DNA of 34,036 bases. It comes from a virus (lineage: Duplodnaviria > Caudoviricetes). Where the stretch lies: positions 1 through 34,036 of IMG/VR virus record IMGVR_UViG_3300027813_001929. One strand, 5' to 3'. Both the position numbers and the translations under genes were made by a program. The notes beneath the pieces are model-generated. The model saw only the letters and a program-made list of their open reading frames with translations. It had not been told where the DNA came from and did not search any database. Shown here piece after piece: positions 24,570 through 34,036 of this stretch; position 1 is the first letter of the stretch; each line of letters starts with the position of its first letter.

Positions 24570-27500
24570 TTATACTCTACCTACTACTGCATCAACAGTT
24601 CCACGTTCGCTATCTGTTTTAATTGCAATTGCTTTACCAATTACACTACCAACTTTTGGATCATTATCAACTACTGCATAACCAGGTATTGAACTTGCTA
24701 CTAGCATATCGCCTTTAGCAACTGGACCAATAACATTTACTGGAACTTTACCTTGCAGTGCAATTAGATTTTTATATCCTGGACATTCACTGTTCATTGT
24801 GTATGCACTTTGGTCACTTACTACGCCAGCAATACGTGTTGTTTTGTGTTCGGTACTAACTGTAATTTCCTTATCACCACCAAACACAACAACTGTTCCG
24901 ACTTCGTATGTAGTATCACCTTCGTAATACTCCGCCAAATCCGCATACGTAGCTTCAAAGCGTGAGTTAGCAGTTAAACTCCATCTACCTGTAACAGTAC
25001 CTGTAGTTGTTGCTGCGCCTGTACTTAACGATCTTACTGCTGTTAATCCACCTACTGTTAATAAGTGCGTACTTGGATTGTACATCAAATGCGTAGCATT
25101 GCTGTCAATGTACGGTCTTTGATATCCTGCTCCTTGATTTGCACTAAACAATACTTGATAATTTACATTATCGTTTTTCTCGTCAACATTAATGTTATTA
25201 GCATTTGTTGCTGTACCTGATAAAGCAGCAGTAATTGTACCAGCACTAAAGTTTCCACTTGCATTTCGTAATACAATTCTATTAGCAGTGTTTGCTGTTA
25301 CTGCTGCAATTGTAGCTGAGTTTGCTTGGTCGTCGATATTAGATGCTGTACCAACAACATCGCCTGTAAATCCAACACTACTTATTTTACCTCGTACTAA
25401 GCCGGAAGTAACAAACGTCATAACGTCTCCAGCAGCTCCTGGGAATCCTGTACCGCTGCCAAGTCCGATACCAGTACCAGTTCCGTTCTTCTCGTTTGGT
25501 GCTTCTATAAAGCTAGTGTACACCCAACGTGATGATATTGCACTAGTTTCTTCTGCAGCACCAGCGCCGCCTACACTACCGTATATACTATTTTGTTGGA
25601 ATATACTCTCAGTTGGTGCAACTGCCATATCACCAACTTTAATGTTACCACCGGTGTTTAGTTGCGGCTTACTTCCTCCACTTGCTGTTAAGATTGTACC
25701 TTGTGCAGGAGTTTTAAGTGACAGTGTTCCTGATGATTCAGATAATACTTCGTATGTGCTTGTGCCGCCGATAATTAGTGCTGTTGCTTGAAGTCTACCG
25801 TTGTCGTCACGTTTTGCAATACTAGTGTTTGTGTTTTCATATGAAATAACACTAGTGTTATACGCACCCGCTCCTGTTTTTATAAGCACAGACCCTGGTG
25901 CAGTTCTTGTAGGTGAACCATACGCAAGTACTGATGCAAAGTCGCTATCTTCTAAACCACCGCCTTCTGCAACAACAGTACTAAATGATACTGCGCTTGC
26001 TACGCCTGTGCCAGTTGCATTGCGTCCAAGAACACTATCAGTAGGCTGTTGTGGAAGTTCAGCATAACTAACACCTCCAGCTTTAATACCAACAAAGCCG
26101 TCTGTTATTTCAAAGTTTGCACTATCGAAACTTGCAAGTCCGTTTGCTGCTTGTTTTTGTGCTGCTGTGCCTGTTGGTGCTGCTGCCGCTGTACTTGCAA
26201 TAGTCATTGCAAGTTTGCTTTGTGCAATTGCTGCCGTATTATTAACATCACTGTTAATAATGGCCTGTGCTTCGATCTGTAAATCAATCTCTGTAGATGA
26301 TGCTAATCTGTTTACAGTAATATTAATATCACTAGCAGTTGATTCAAAAGCGTTAGTAAATTCATCTACTGGATTTTCTAATACTATTGCTGTTGTTGAG
26401 CCCGGACTTCCGACAACACCGTTGTTGATTGGACTTGCTGTTGTACTAAATTCACCAACAGTTGTTAGCGTGTAAGTAATGTACCTTACGTTTTTGTTTA
26501 GTACTTTATCAAATCTCGATTCAAGTGCTACTACTGTACCTTGTGCAGTACCATCTGTAATAGTTCCGCCAACTGTAAATGACCCAGATAGTTCAGGATC
26601 AGTTAGTAGCCTACGCTTACCTGTTGGAGTAAGAATTTGCTTTGCTTTGTTAGCATCTGACACTGAGTGGATTGTAACGTTTCTTAAATCATCAAGTTCG
26701 TCATAGTTACTAACTGCTTGCGCAACAAAATCTTTAGTAGTTGCATCGTTGTCGTCAGTTGGATCAGCCAAGTTTTTAATCTGCTTAGTATTAGCATTTA
26801 AGTTAGCTTCTAGTGGAGTAGACCCGTCTAGTGCTAAGAAGCCTGGAGCAAATCTACTTGTGCCAGTTAGTTGCGCACTGCCATTGTGTCCTAGTCTACG
26901 ACTTATGTAGTTAGCAACTGATTTTTCTGTAGGTACTGCTGTGTCTGATAAGTCAGTAAACAATTCATCATTTGAGAACTCGTCAATTGTAACACCTTCT
27001 TTAAATCCTAATGAAGCTGCTCTTGAAATACCAACATCGCCTGCGAAAGTAATACTACCTGTTGATTGGTCTACAACAAAATACTTACCAACTCTAAAGA
27101 AGCCATCGTTGTCTGAACTGATAAAGAATACTCTACCTTTTCTACGCTCCCATACTTGTGCTTTACTTGCATCATCTGCTGATGTATATGCCCCAGCTTT
27201 GGAAGCTGATCCACCAAGCGGAGCACCTAACAATACATTTGGATAGTTACTTGTATTAAATCCACCTGTACCAATCTCTGTAAAGTCATGTCCTGTTGCA
27301 CGTAGTAATGATATAGCAACTGTAATTTCAGCAGTTGATCCTGCTATAAGTCCACAATGTATAGTTCTAGTTGCTGTCGGGCTAAGTCTTATTCCTGCAC
27401 TTGCAACTCCATTAACGTCTGTGCCTGCAACAAATACTGATTGGACATACCAAACACTGTCAGTAGTTACCCAACGGCCGCCACTTACATATGCTGGATA

Positions 27501-30500
27501 CCCTGCACCATTTAGTGCAGAAGTTGCCCCTGCATCAGTATAAAGAGCAAATGTGTCAGTAGTTACACTTCCAACATAATACTCTGTCCCGTTTAATATT
27601 GTAGTGCCAACTATTGAATCAAATTCAACCTTATCACCGTTTGATAAGCCGTGACCTGCACTTGTAATTACTACTGGGCTTGCACTAGTTACATTAGTAA
27701 TGACATCGGATGTCATTGGACCGTAGCTAATAACTCGTTGTGTTCTACCACCGTATGTAAATATCATACCGCCTGCATAGCCACCGTCACCTGGATTTAG
27801 AATTGTTTGGTTAGTTGCATCGGTAGACTGTTGTACAATACGTACAGCATCTTTAGCACTTAACTTTTCAATAGCTAGATATGTGTCTGTTACTGCGTTA
27901 CCTAGCGTGCCACTGCCGGTTGGAGCACTAACTGCTTTATTTGCAAAATCAATTGTAGGAACAACATATGCATAATCGTCATCAAATACTGTTTTGATTT
28001 CGTCAGCTTGTAATGCTAAACTTTGATCATCAGTTCCAGTAAAGCCAGTACTTCTGTACGTAACTGTGTCACTTTCGTCAAAGTTAATAGCAGTACTTGG
28101 GCGCTCTGAAATATCTTGTGTGTCAATTCCGTCGAATATCATAGTTTCGCCGTGTCTATATTCAATTACATCACGATGTGCAAGATTATCTTGTAATGCT
28201 GGAAAGTAATCAAGATTTGATGCAGCTTCTTGTATTGTTAATTTATAAACAGTATTAGTAAATGTTCCTGCAAAGTTAGTAAACACTGCATCTACAGTAA
28301 TAGTTAAATCATTTGTGCCATCAACTCCGCCAACATCTGCTCCAGATACTACAATAGTATTGCCATTTGCATAACCACTACCTACATTTGTAACTGCTGT
28401 TACTGTAGCTGTTCCGGCAGCAATTGTAATAGTAAATTGAGCACCGCTGCCTAAAGCACTAGTTGATTTTTGTGCAACTAGGGTATAAACACCATTAGAG
28501 CCCTCAGTGCCTGAAGTAAATGATGCTGTCTCTATACCAGTTACTACAACAGATCCTGCATCGCCAAGTGTGTTATCGTTGTTTAGATCTGATAAGTTTT
28601 GTACGTTAGTAATCTTATAGTTTAGCGCACCAGTAACGCCACCGTGGTCGATATAGACATAAGCGTTCTTTAATGGTGCTTCTTTAAAGTCGTATACTGT
28701 GAAACTAGTATCGCCAGCTGCGTTAGTATATCCGCTATATGTAAATGCTTTAACAGATTGTACCATACTTCTTAGTGTAGTAACCTGATCTGGAATTTCG
28801 TTTGGATCAGCACCTTCAGCAACTAAGCCAAAGTTACCATAACCATTTGAACCGTTAAGTGATCTAATCTCTGAACCGTTACTTGCATAGTATGCTGCAT
28901 GACAGTAATATGTAAACATACTAACCATCTCAGAAAACGCACCGTTATTAGTTACAAGTCCGTATGCTAAGTCGTTAATATTTGTAAAGTCATTACCAAG
29001 AATACTTCTGTTACCAGCACTTTGCAAGAAGATATCTTGATTATAATCATCTTGATCATGCCCGCCGGCACCTATTAGTGTTGTACCACTAAAGTTCCAG
29101 CCATTGCCGTTGTTACTACCCGGATCAAGATATATAATAGCTCTACCTAATGAACTATCATAGTTTGATATAGCGTTAACTTGATAACGTTGTCCTCTGT
29201 AATAGAGCGGAGCAGGAAATTCTGGAATTCTTAAGCTTAATCCTTGATCTTGTCCACCAACGTCTTGTGATTCAACATAAAGTGTAAATGCATCTAGTGC
29301 GACACTTCCGTTTGCGTCAGTGTAGTTGCCCGAGTTACCTTGAACTCGCATAGGCATGTTACCAGCAAATGCATCAACATACATACCGCCTCGGAATGCT
29401 TTTTTGTTCTCAGCTTTTGAGAAACTTGAAGCAGTTTGGATGTATGGTGATTTGGTTAATACTTGCCCTTCAGGATCAAGTACGCACATAAATCCGCCAT
29501 GCCCTTGTACAGTAAGGTTACGAATAATAGTTGCATCGTCCATTAAGAATACATCCATGCCGTCTGCATCATTACGCTTTGGTGGATTGTATGCTGCATT
29601 AAATGCAAAAGTTACTGTATCAACTAGCTTGCCTACTATATTAACACTGCTACTTACTAATTTCCATAAAGTTATATCAGGCAACTTTAGGTACTCTGTC
29701 GGAATTAAAACATCAGTACCTTCGTCACTTGCTTTTGATACATGAGTTTTTAATGCTCTATAATAAACTGCACCTTTTTGTACAAAATCACCTTGTCGAT
29801 AACTTACGCCAGCTGCCCAGTTTGGTTCTGTTTCGCCCAAAGTTACATCAGGATCAAAATTTGTACCTGCATTCTTTGTAGGAGCAGTTCCTAATAATAG
29901 TGATCCAGCAAGTGTACTAATGTGCTGTATTGCTGCTGTTGTTTGTGTTTCTTGTCCACTAAATCCGCTACTTACGTAACCTGACCAATACTGGCCTTGA
30001 TTCTCTAATGCAAATTCTTTACCACCTGATTTTAAGTCTTTTACAATACCGTCAACAATGTATCCTGTGTCTCTGCGACACTTTGTTTCGTTGTATGTAA
30101 AGTTTTTAAATGTAAGGTCAATGTAAGTTATGACATTATTAATAGTAGCTGTTGCGCCTGCAACGATACCTGCTTGTCCTAGCTTATATTCAGTTGCTGC
30201 CCATGTTACACTTGGACTTACTGTAGATGCTATACCTGCTATGTTTCCTGCTGTAATAACATCTTCAATAATTTGTACCAAGCCGTCAACTTCAGTAGCT
30301 TCAGTAGATGTTGCTGCTGTACCTGTTGTATCCTGTGATACTACACTTTGTAAATTAGTAACTGCTGCTTCAGTAACAACTTGACTTGCAATAGTTGCTA
30401 AGTGCTGATATGCTCCTACTGTAGCTGCTTGTTGCCCTGCTGCTAATTGACTTGCTGCACCTACAAAGTATGCTAGTGCGTTTGTTACAGAACCCGTGTT

Positions 30501-33500
30501 ACCGCCATATAGTACGTCATAGCTTAATGCGTCAACAATGTACTTTACATCTCTTGAACACTTAGTTTGGCTCATTGTATTATACACAGCGTTATGGTTT
30601 ACGTTAAGGTATTCTAATACTTCTGCTGCAAGGAAGTTTCTGTTTGCTTGTAACTGTGCAGATGCATTTACTTTGTTTGCGCTGCCACCTGTTGGTGCAG
30701 GGAATACTAAAGCGTCTGCACTTGTGTCTGTACTTACAACACCATTAGCAATGATATCAAGTATTTCATCAAAGCCTGCGTTTGATCTAGTTATGGCCAA
30801 CGTCTGCCCTTCAGCAGTTCCGCCATTGCCTGTAATTAAAGCTGCTGCTGCTGATTTTAAGAATGTAATTGCTGCGTTAGTTGCAACACCCTGTGCACCG
30901 ATGGCATTTACTGCGTTTGCACGTTGATAAGCAAGACCTGCTGTTACACTATTATAATTAGTACCTAGTGCTACATCAAATCCAACTGCTGTTAAAATAA
31001 GCGCACTGTCTCTACGACATTTCGCTTCGTCATATGTTAGTGCAGGGAAAGTAGAGTTAATATAAAAGATTACTTCGTCTTGTATAAATTCTTTGTTAGC
31101 CTTCATAATCGCGGCAGCATTTTCATACTTGCCGAGGTTAGTAAATGTTGTTCCAACGTTAGCTGGTTTTGTATTATCAGTTAAGTAGTGACGTCCAAAG
31201 TATCCTTGTGTAACGCCAGTTTGATTGACAAACGGAGTACCGGTAGTTTGTAGTGTTATTCCGTCAAACTCTGCATCTCTATAGAAATACGTATCAGCAT
31301 ATATACTCTGTGATGTTCTACGTTTTGGACGAACAATTACTCGTCTAAATTCATCACCTTTAAGTGATACGTTTTTAGCAAGTTTAATAGGCCAGTCTTC
31401 TTCGTATATACCAGTTTCAACTCTAATAAGAACTTGTTTTGCTTTTACGTAGTTGCCAACTTCAATTTCTTCACCAACCTCAAACTGAACTGGTGATAGT
31501 AGCTGCATATAAAATATAGTTGAATTAGTATCTTGTGTGAACGTAATAATACGTCCTATTGCGCCTGTGCGCTTGCCACGTAATACTTTACCGGGAATAG
31601 CATCTGTATTATCTGGATTTGTTTGATCTAATTCGCCGCCAGTATTGTTAGTAAGTTGTAATTTATATCTGTTACCAAACGATATATCAACACCTGCTTC
31701 GATGCCATTACTAATAATATTGTTTAGTAGTGTAACATTGTTTGTAATTGATCCTGCTCCGAGTGGTTCTGCACCACCTGCTGCGCCGTCCCATGCTTGT
31801 GCTTGACTTTTGTCTTGCACAAATTTAGATTGGTATCTTAGGCCAATGTTTCCGCTTACAAACGGAGTAAACGCACTGTTGTCATATGCTGTAGTTAATG
31901 CAGCATCTGTAAATAATTCAAATTGTGAAGTACTAGTTACTTTTGCATATACAACTACATCTTCAATTTCTGTCATGCCAGCAATGTTGTCAAACACTAC
32001 TTGATTGCCACTTACTAAACCGTGTACAGTTGTAGTAGTAACTACCGAAGGAGTAGCGCCTGTCTTAACAACAATGCTTGCAACAGCTTTTTGTTGATAC
32101 AATGAATTTTGTAAAAGTGAACTAGTAATTAATCCACCTAGGAATGAAAAACTATCAGTTGTTTGCTTTAACTGCGATGAAATAGCAATTCTACCACTTA
32201 CGCTAGAATAATAACGTTCTGCTGCTGTTCTTGTTAAGTAGTTTGCATTGTTGCCGCGTTCAGCATCAAGTCTTAAACTATCAATAATTAAACCTAAGTC
32301 ACGTTCACAAGTGCCTACGTTGTAAGTAAAGTTTGGATATTTAAATGCAAGAAAGCCTGACACTTCTGCAATTATATAGTTCTTGTTTAATCTTAAATTT
32401 GCACTAGTAATTACGTTAACAGCATTTTCAACACCAGCAGCAAGAGTTATAGCTTCTGTAGTAAAATTTGTATGCGTAAGTGTTTGGAAATACGGACCTG
32501 GCTCTTCTGGCGCAGTTTTAATTAATTCTGCTGCTCTACGTGCCGCCGCGTTAATTGTTTTAAATGCATATGTAAGTGACGTACCTTCTTTACCGTTTGG
32601 CACACCTTGCATAGTGTCATCACCGATTGTACTAACATTTAATACTTCTGGGCTTGAGTATGCAGTATTGTCTACATAATATTTTGTAGCTGCTTGTAGA
32701 TCTTCTGGTCCATTAGGAGTACCGTCTCCTGCTAGGTCTCCTGGATGATCATTTAGGAAAAGTTCTCCTGTCATTGAATCACCTTGGCGTCTTACAATGC
32801 TTTCTCTAGGCACTGCAACATCGCTTAGGAAGTTGCCTGATAGTGTTTTATCAAATCCTGCGTCTGCTATTGTGTGACTATCGTCTGCTGCAATAGTGCC
32901 TGCCACTGTGAGTTTAGTTGCCGCAGCGGCACTTGCACTTTCTGTTTGTGCTTGCTCTTGTGTTACAAATAATGATAATTGGTCTGCTGTTACGTAACGA
33001 ATGTAATATGTTGTTCCGCTTGTTACACCTGTAGGGTCAGTGTCTTCAGCTGTAAATACAAAGCCTGTGCCGTTGGCACCGCTGTCATATCCGTGGCCGC
33101 TAATAAACAAGTTGCCGTCTATGTAACTTGTTATAGCTAATGTGTACTGTGTATTTGTAGCTGGCTCAGCAGCAACACGAGTTGGAAGTCCGCTAGTAAT
33201 ATAACGTCTATCAGCATAGCCTTTAGTAATTACTAGATCGTCAATAGTGTAACTAGTATCTCTACCTGGCTGCGAGTTAAGCTTTGTTGCGGCATCATCA
33301 CTAATTGCAACGCCAGCAATACCAAATATGCCACCTGCTGATAAATGTCCGCCTAATGTTGGAGAAACAGTGTCACGAACTATAGCATCAAATGTTGTTG
33401 ATAATATGATTTTTCCTGGAACACTAACTACATCAACATTAATACTATCAACTATTGCAGCATCTAAATCACTGTTACTACCTATCGTACTGTAATTAAT

Positions 33501-33710
33501 AGCGGTGCCATCTGCATTAGTAGTAACTATTTTACCGGACTGTATTGTATCTGGGCTGTCACCTAACGTAGTAAAACTAATTTGGCCACCTTGCCCAAAT
33601 ACAGCATATAGCTCTTGAAAGTTTTCATTTGTTTTGCGGAACGACTCACGGATACTATCTCCAGTGCCGTCATTTCCTTCTACGCCGATGTTTACATCTT
33701 GTTTTGCCAT
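24570..33710 (-). CDS. Giant virion structural protein (3046 aa), baseplate-anchored fibre/spike
   Basis: gp9/gp10-like N-terminus (NDGTGDSIRESFRKTNENFQELY); AATK.YVD fibre motifs; HGL..G..V.F beta modules; four helical CxRD repeats; C-terminal ADLAEYY...GKVPV...KGDMLVAS intramolecular-chaperone-like domain. Confidence 0.88.
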   Translation of the reverse strand: MAKQDVNIGVEGNDGTGDSIRESFRKTNENFQELYAVFGQGGQISFTTLGDSPDTIQSGKIVTTNADGTAINYSTIGSNSDLDAAIVDSINVDVVSVPGKIILSTTFDAIVRDTVSPTLGGHLSAGGIFGIAGVAISDDAATKLNSQPGRDTSYTIDDLVITKGYADRRYITSGLPTRVAAEPATNTQYTLAITSYIDGNLFISGHGYDSGANGTGFVFTAEDTDPTGVTSGTTYYIRYVTADQLSLFVTQEQAQTESASAAAATKLTVAGTIAADDSHTIADAGFDKTLSGNFLSDVAVPRESIVRRQGDSMTGELFLNDHPGDLAGDGTPNGPEDLQAATKYYVDNTAYSSPEVLNVSTIGDDTMQGVPNGKEGTSLTYAFKTINAAARRAAELIKTAPEEPGPYFQTLTHTNFTTEAITLAAGVENAVNVITSANLRLNKNYIIAEVSGFLAFKYPNFTYNVGTCERDLGLIIDSLRLDAERGNNANYLTRTAAERYYSSVSGRIAISSQLKQTTDSFSFLGGLITSSLLQNSLYQQKAVASIVVKTGATPSVVTTTTVHGLVSGNQVVFDNIAGMTEIEDVVVYAKVTSTSQFELFTDAALTTAYDNSAFTPFVSGNIGLRYQSKFVQDKSQAQAWDGAAGGAEPLGAGSITNNVTLLNNIISNGIEAGVDISFGNRYKLQLTNNTGGELDQTNPDNTDAIPGKVLRGKRTGAIGRIITFTQDTNSTIFYMQLLSPVQFEVGEEIEVGNYVKAKQVLIRVETGIYEEDWPIKLAKNVSLKGDEFRRVIVRPKRRTSQSIYADTYFYRDAEFDGITLQTTGTPFVNQTGVTQGYFGRHYLTDNTKPANVGTTFTNLGKYENAAAIMKANKEFIQDEVIFYINSTFPALTYDEAKCRRDSALILTAVGFDVALGTNYNSVTAGLAYQRANAVNAIGAQGVATNAAITFLKSAAAALITGNGGTAEGQTLAITRSNAGFDEILDIIANGVVSTDTSADALVFPAPTGGSANKVNASAQLQANRNFLAAEVLEYLNVNHNAVYNTMSQTKCSRDVKYIVDALSYDVLYGGNTGSVTNALAYFVGAASQLAAGQQAATVGAYQHLATIASQVVTEAAVTNLQSVVSQDTTGTAATSTEATEVDGLVQIIEDVITAGNIAGIASTVSPSVTWAATEYKLGQAGIVAGATATINNVITYIDLTFKNFTYNETKCRRDTGYIVDGIVKDLKSGGKEFALENQGQYWSGYVSSGFSGQETQTTAAIQHISTLAGSLLLGTAPTKNAGTNFDPDVTLGETEPNWAAGVSYRQGDFVQKGAVYYRALKTHVSKASDEGTDVLIPTEYLKLPDITLWKLVSSSVNIVGKLVDTVTFAFNAAYNPPKRNDADGMDVFLMDDATIIRNLTVQGHGGFMCVLDPEGQVLTKSPYIQTASSFSKAENKKAFRGGMYVDAFAGNMPMRVQGNSGNYTDANGSVALDAFTLYVESQDVGGQDQGLSLRIPEFPAPLYYRGQRYQVNAISNYDSSLGRAIIYLDPGSNNGNGWNFSGTTLIGAGGHDQDDYNQDIFLQSAGNRSILGNDFTNINDLAYGLVTNNGAFSEMVSMFTYYCHAAYYASNGSEIRSLNGSNGYGNFGLVAEGADPNEIPDQVTTLRSMVQSVKAFTYSGYTNAAGDTSFTVYDFKEAPLKNAYVYIDHGGVTGALNYKITNVQNLSDLNNDNTLGDAGSVVVTGIETASFTSGTEGSNGVYTLVAQKSTSALGSGAQFTITIAAGTATVTAVTNVGSGYANGNTIVVSGADVGGVDGTNDLTITVDAVFTNFAGTFTNTVYKLTIQEAASNLDYFPALQDNLAHRDVIEYRHGETMIFDGIDTQDISERPSTAINFDESDTVTYRSTGFTGTDDQSLALQADEIKTVFDDDYAYVVPTIDFANKAVSAPTGSGTLGNAVTDTYLAIEKLSAKDAVRIVQQSTDATNQTILNPGDGGYAGGMIFTYGGRTQRVISYGPMTSDVITNVTSASPVVITSAGHGLSNGDKVEFDSIVGTTILNGTEYYVGSVTTDTFALYTDAGATSALNGAGYPAYVSGGRWVTTDSVWYVQSVFVAGTDVNGVASAGIRLSPTATRTIHCGLIAGSTAEITVAISLLRATGHDFTEIGTGGFNTSNYPNVLLGAPLGGSASKAGAYTSADDASKAQVWERRKGRVFFISSDNDGFFRVGKYFVVDQSTGSITFAGDVGISRAASLGFKEGVTIDEFSNDELFTDLSDTAVPTEKSVANYISRRLGHNGSAQLTGTSRFAPGFLALDGSTPLEANLNANTKQIKNLADPTDDNDATTKDFVAQAVSNYDELDDLRNVTIHSVSDANKAKQILTPTGKRRLLTDPELSGSFTVGGTITDGTAQGTVVALESRFDKVLNKNVRYITYTLTTVGEFSTTASPINNGVVGSPGSTTAIVLENPVDEFTNAFESTASDINITVNRLASSTEIDLQIEAQAIINSDVNNTAAIAQSKLAMTIASTAAAAPTGTAAQKQAANGLASFDSANFEITDGFVGIKAGGVSYAELPQQPTDSVLGRNATGTGVASAVSFSTVVAEGGGLEDSDFASVLAYGSPTRTAPGSVLIKTGAGAYNTSVISYENTNTSIAKRDDNGRLQATALIIGGTSTYEVLSESSGTLSLKTPAQGTILTASGGSKPQLNTGGNIKVGDMAVAPTESIFQQNSIYGSVGGAGAAEETSAISSRWVYTSFIEAPNEKNGTGTGIGLGSGTGFPGAAGDVMTFVTSGLVRGKISSVGFTGDVVGTASNIDDQANSATIAAVTANTANRIVLRNASGNFSAGTITAALSGTATNANNINVDEKNDNVNYQVLFSANQGAGYQRPYIDSNATHLMYNPSTHLLTVGGLTAVRSLSTGAATTTGTVTGRWSLTANSRFEATYADLAEYYEGDTTYEVGTVVVFGGDKEITVSTEHKTTRIAGVVSDQSAYTMNSECPGYKNLIALQGKVPVNVIGPVAKGDMLVASSIPGYAVVDNDPKVGSVIGKAIAIKTDSERGTVDAVVGRV

Positions 33711-33725
33711 TAAATTTATGCTCCG

Positions 33726-34036
33726 TTATATTGCTGGCTCAGCCAGTTTATCTATATCAAAATTTACACTAACACCACAGCCGCATGCTGATTGTGCATT
33801 AGGGTTACGTATCTCAAAGTTTGCTCCTACAATAGACTTTACATAGTCTACTTCAGTACCAAACAAGAACATCATACTATGTCCACCTACTACAAACTTG
33901 CCTTCTCCGGCATCTATTACTAAGTCTTTTGCCTCAACATCTGCTGCTGTTGCTATAGTTCCCCAGTCATACTCAAAGCCTGCGCATCCACCGCCCTTAA
34001 GGTTTAAACTAATTGCATAACATTCATTTTCTTCAC
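33726..34036 (-). CDS. iscA: IscA/HesB-family Fe-S cluster assembly protein, partial (start lies beyond the window)
   Basis: Not in the track. Manual translation ...LKGGGCAGFEYDWG...FGTEVDYVKSIVGANFEIRNPNAQSACGCGVSVNF...* has the GGC and CGCG.S motifs. Confidence 0.9.
   Translation of the reverse strand, partial: EENECYAISLNLKGGGCAGFEYDWGTIATAADVEAKDLVIDAGEGKFVVGGHSMMFLFGTEVDYVKSIVGANFEIRNPNAQSACGCGVSVNFDIDKLAEPAI

Noticed and set aside
850-33846. Many plus-strand ORFs in the track (e.g. 5311..5697, 25192..25791, 29356..29745, 30538..30927)
   Set aside because: They are antisense shadows of well-supported minus-strand genes, with no RBS or recognisable motifs.
1-34036. Stop-codon reassignment, tRNA genes, introns/inteins (e.g. 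in thyA, clpA, phoH)
   Set aside because: TAA, TAG and TGA all end genes at expected positions with high coding density. The gaps are too short or lack cloverleafs, and the conserved enzymes have normal lengths.

Overview
This AT-rich, gene-dense window comes from a large T4-like or jumbo tailed phage, probably marine and probably infecting a Gram-negative host (inferred Alphaproteobacteria, from the FdxA ferredoxin and spanins). Nearly all genes are on the minus strand; phoH is the only credible plus-strand gene. In transcription order, the virion module is a partial IscA/HesB gene, a 3046-aa baseplate/fibre protein, a fibre protein, an S8 subtilase, baseplate proteins and an Ig-repeat protein. 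Next come a stand-alone DnaE fragment, a GroES-like co-chaperonin, a MazG-like enzyme, an SGNH-like protein, a DEDDh exonuclease, a SutA-like protein, an RFC clamp loader, FdxA, DHFR and ThyA. After phoH come a GH19 endolysin with overlapping spanins and two holin candidates, a dnaJ-def-clpA operon, and small putative internal head proteins ending in a partial HxGH nucleotidyltransferase. Two promoter classes are visible: sigma70-type promoters (TTGAC-17-TAnnnT) before DNA-metabolism genes and a T4-late-like TAA(A/G)TA motif before morphogenesis genes. The most notable observations are four phycobiliprotein-like CxRD helical repeats in the giant virion protein, promoters embedded in hairpins that would block translation of read-through transcripts, a split DnaE, and a phage-encoded proteostasis operon. 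All assignments are by motif recognition only; no searches were run.
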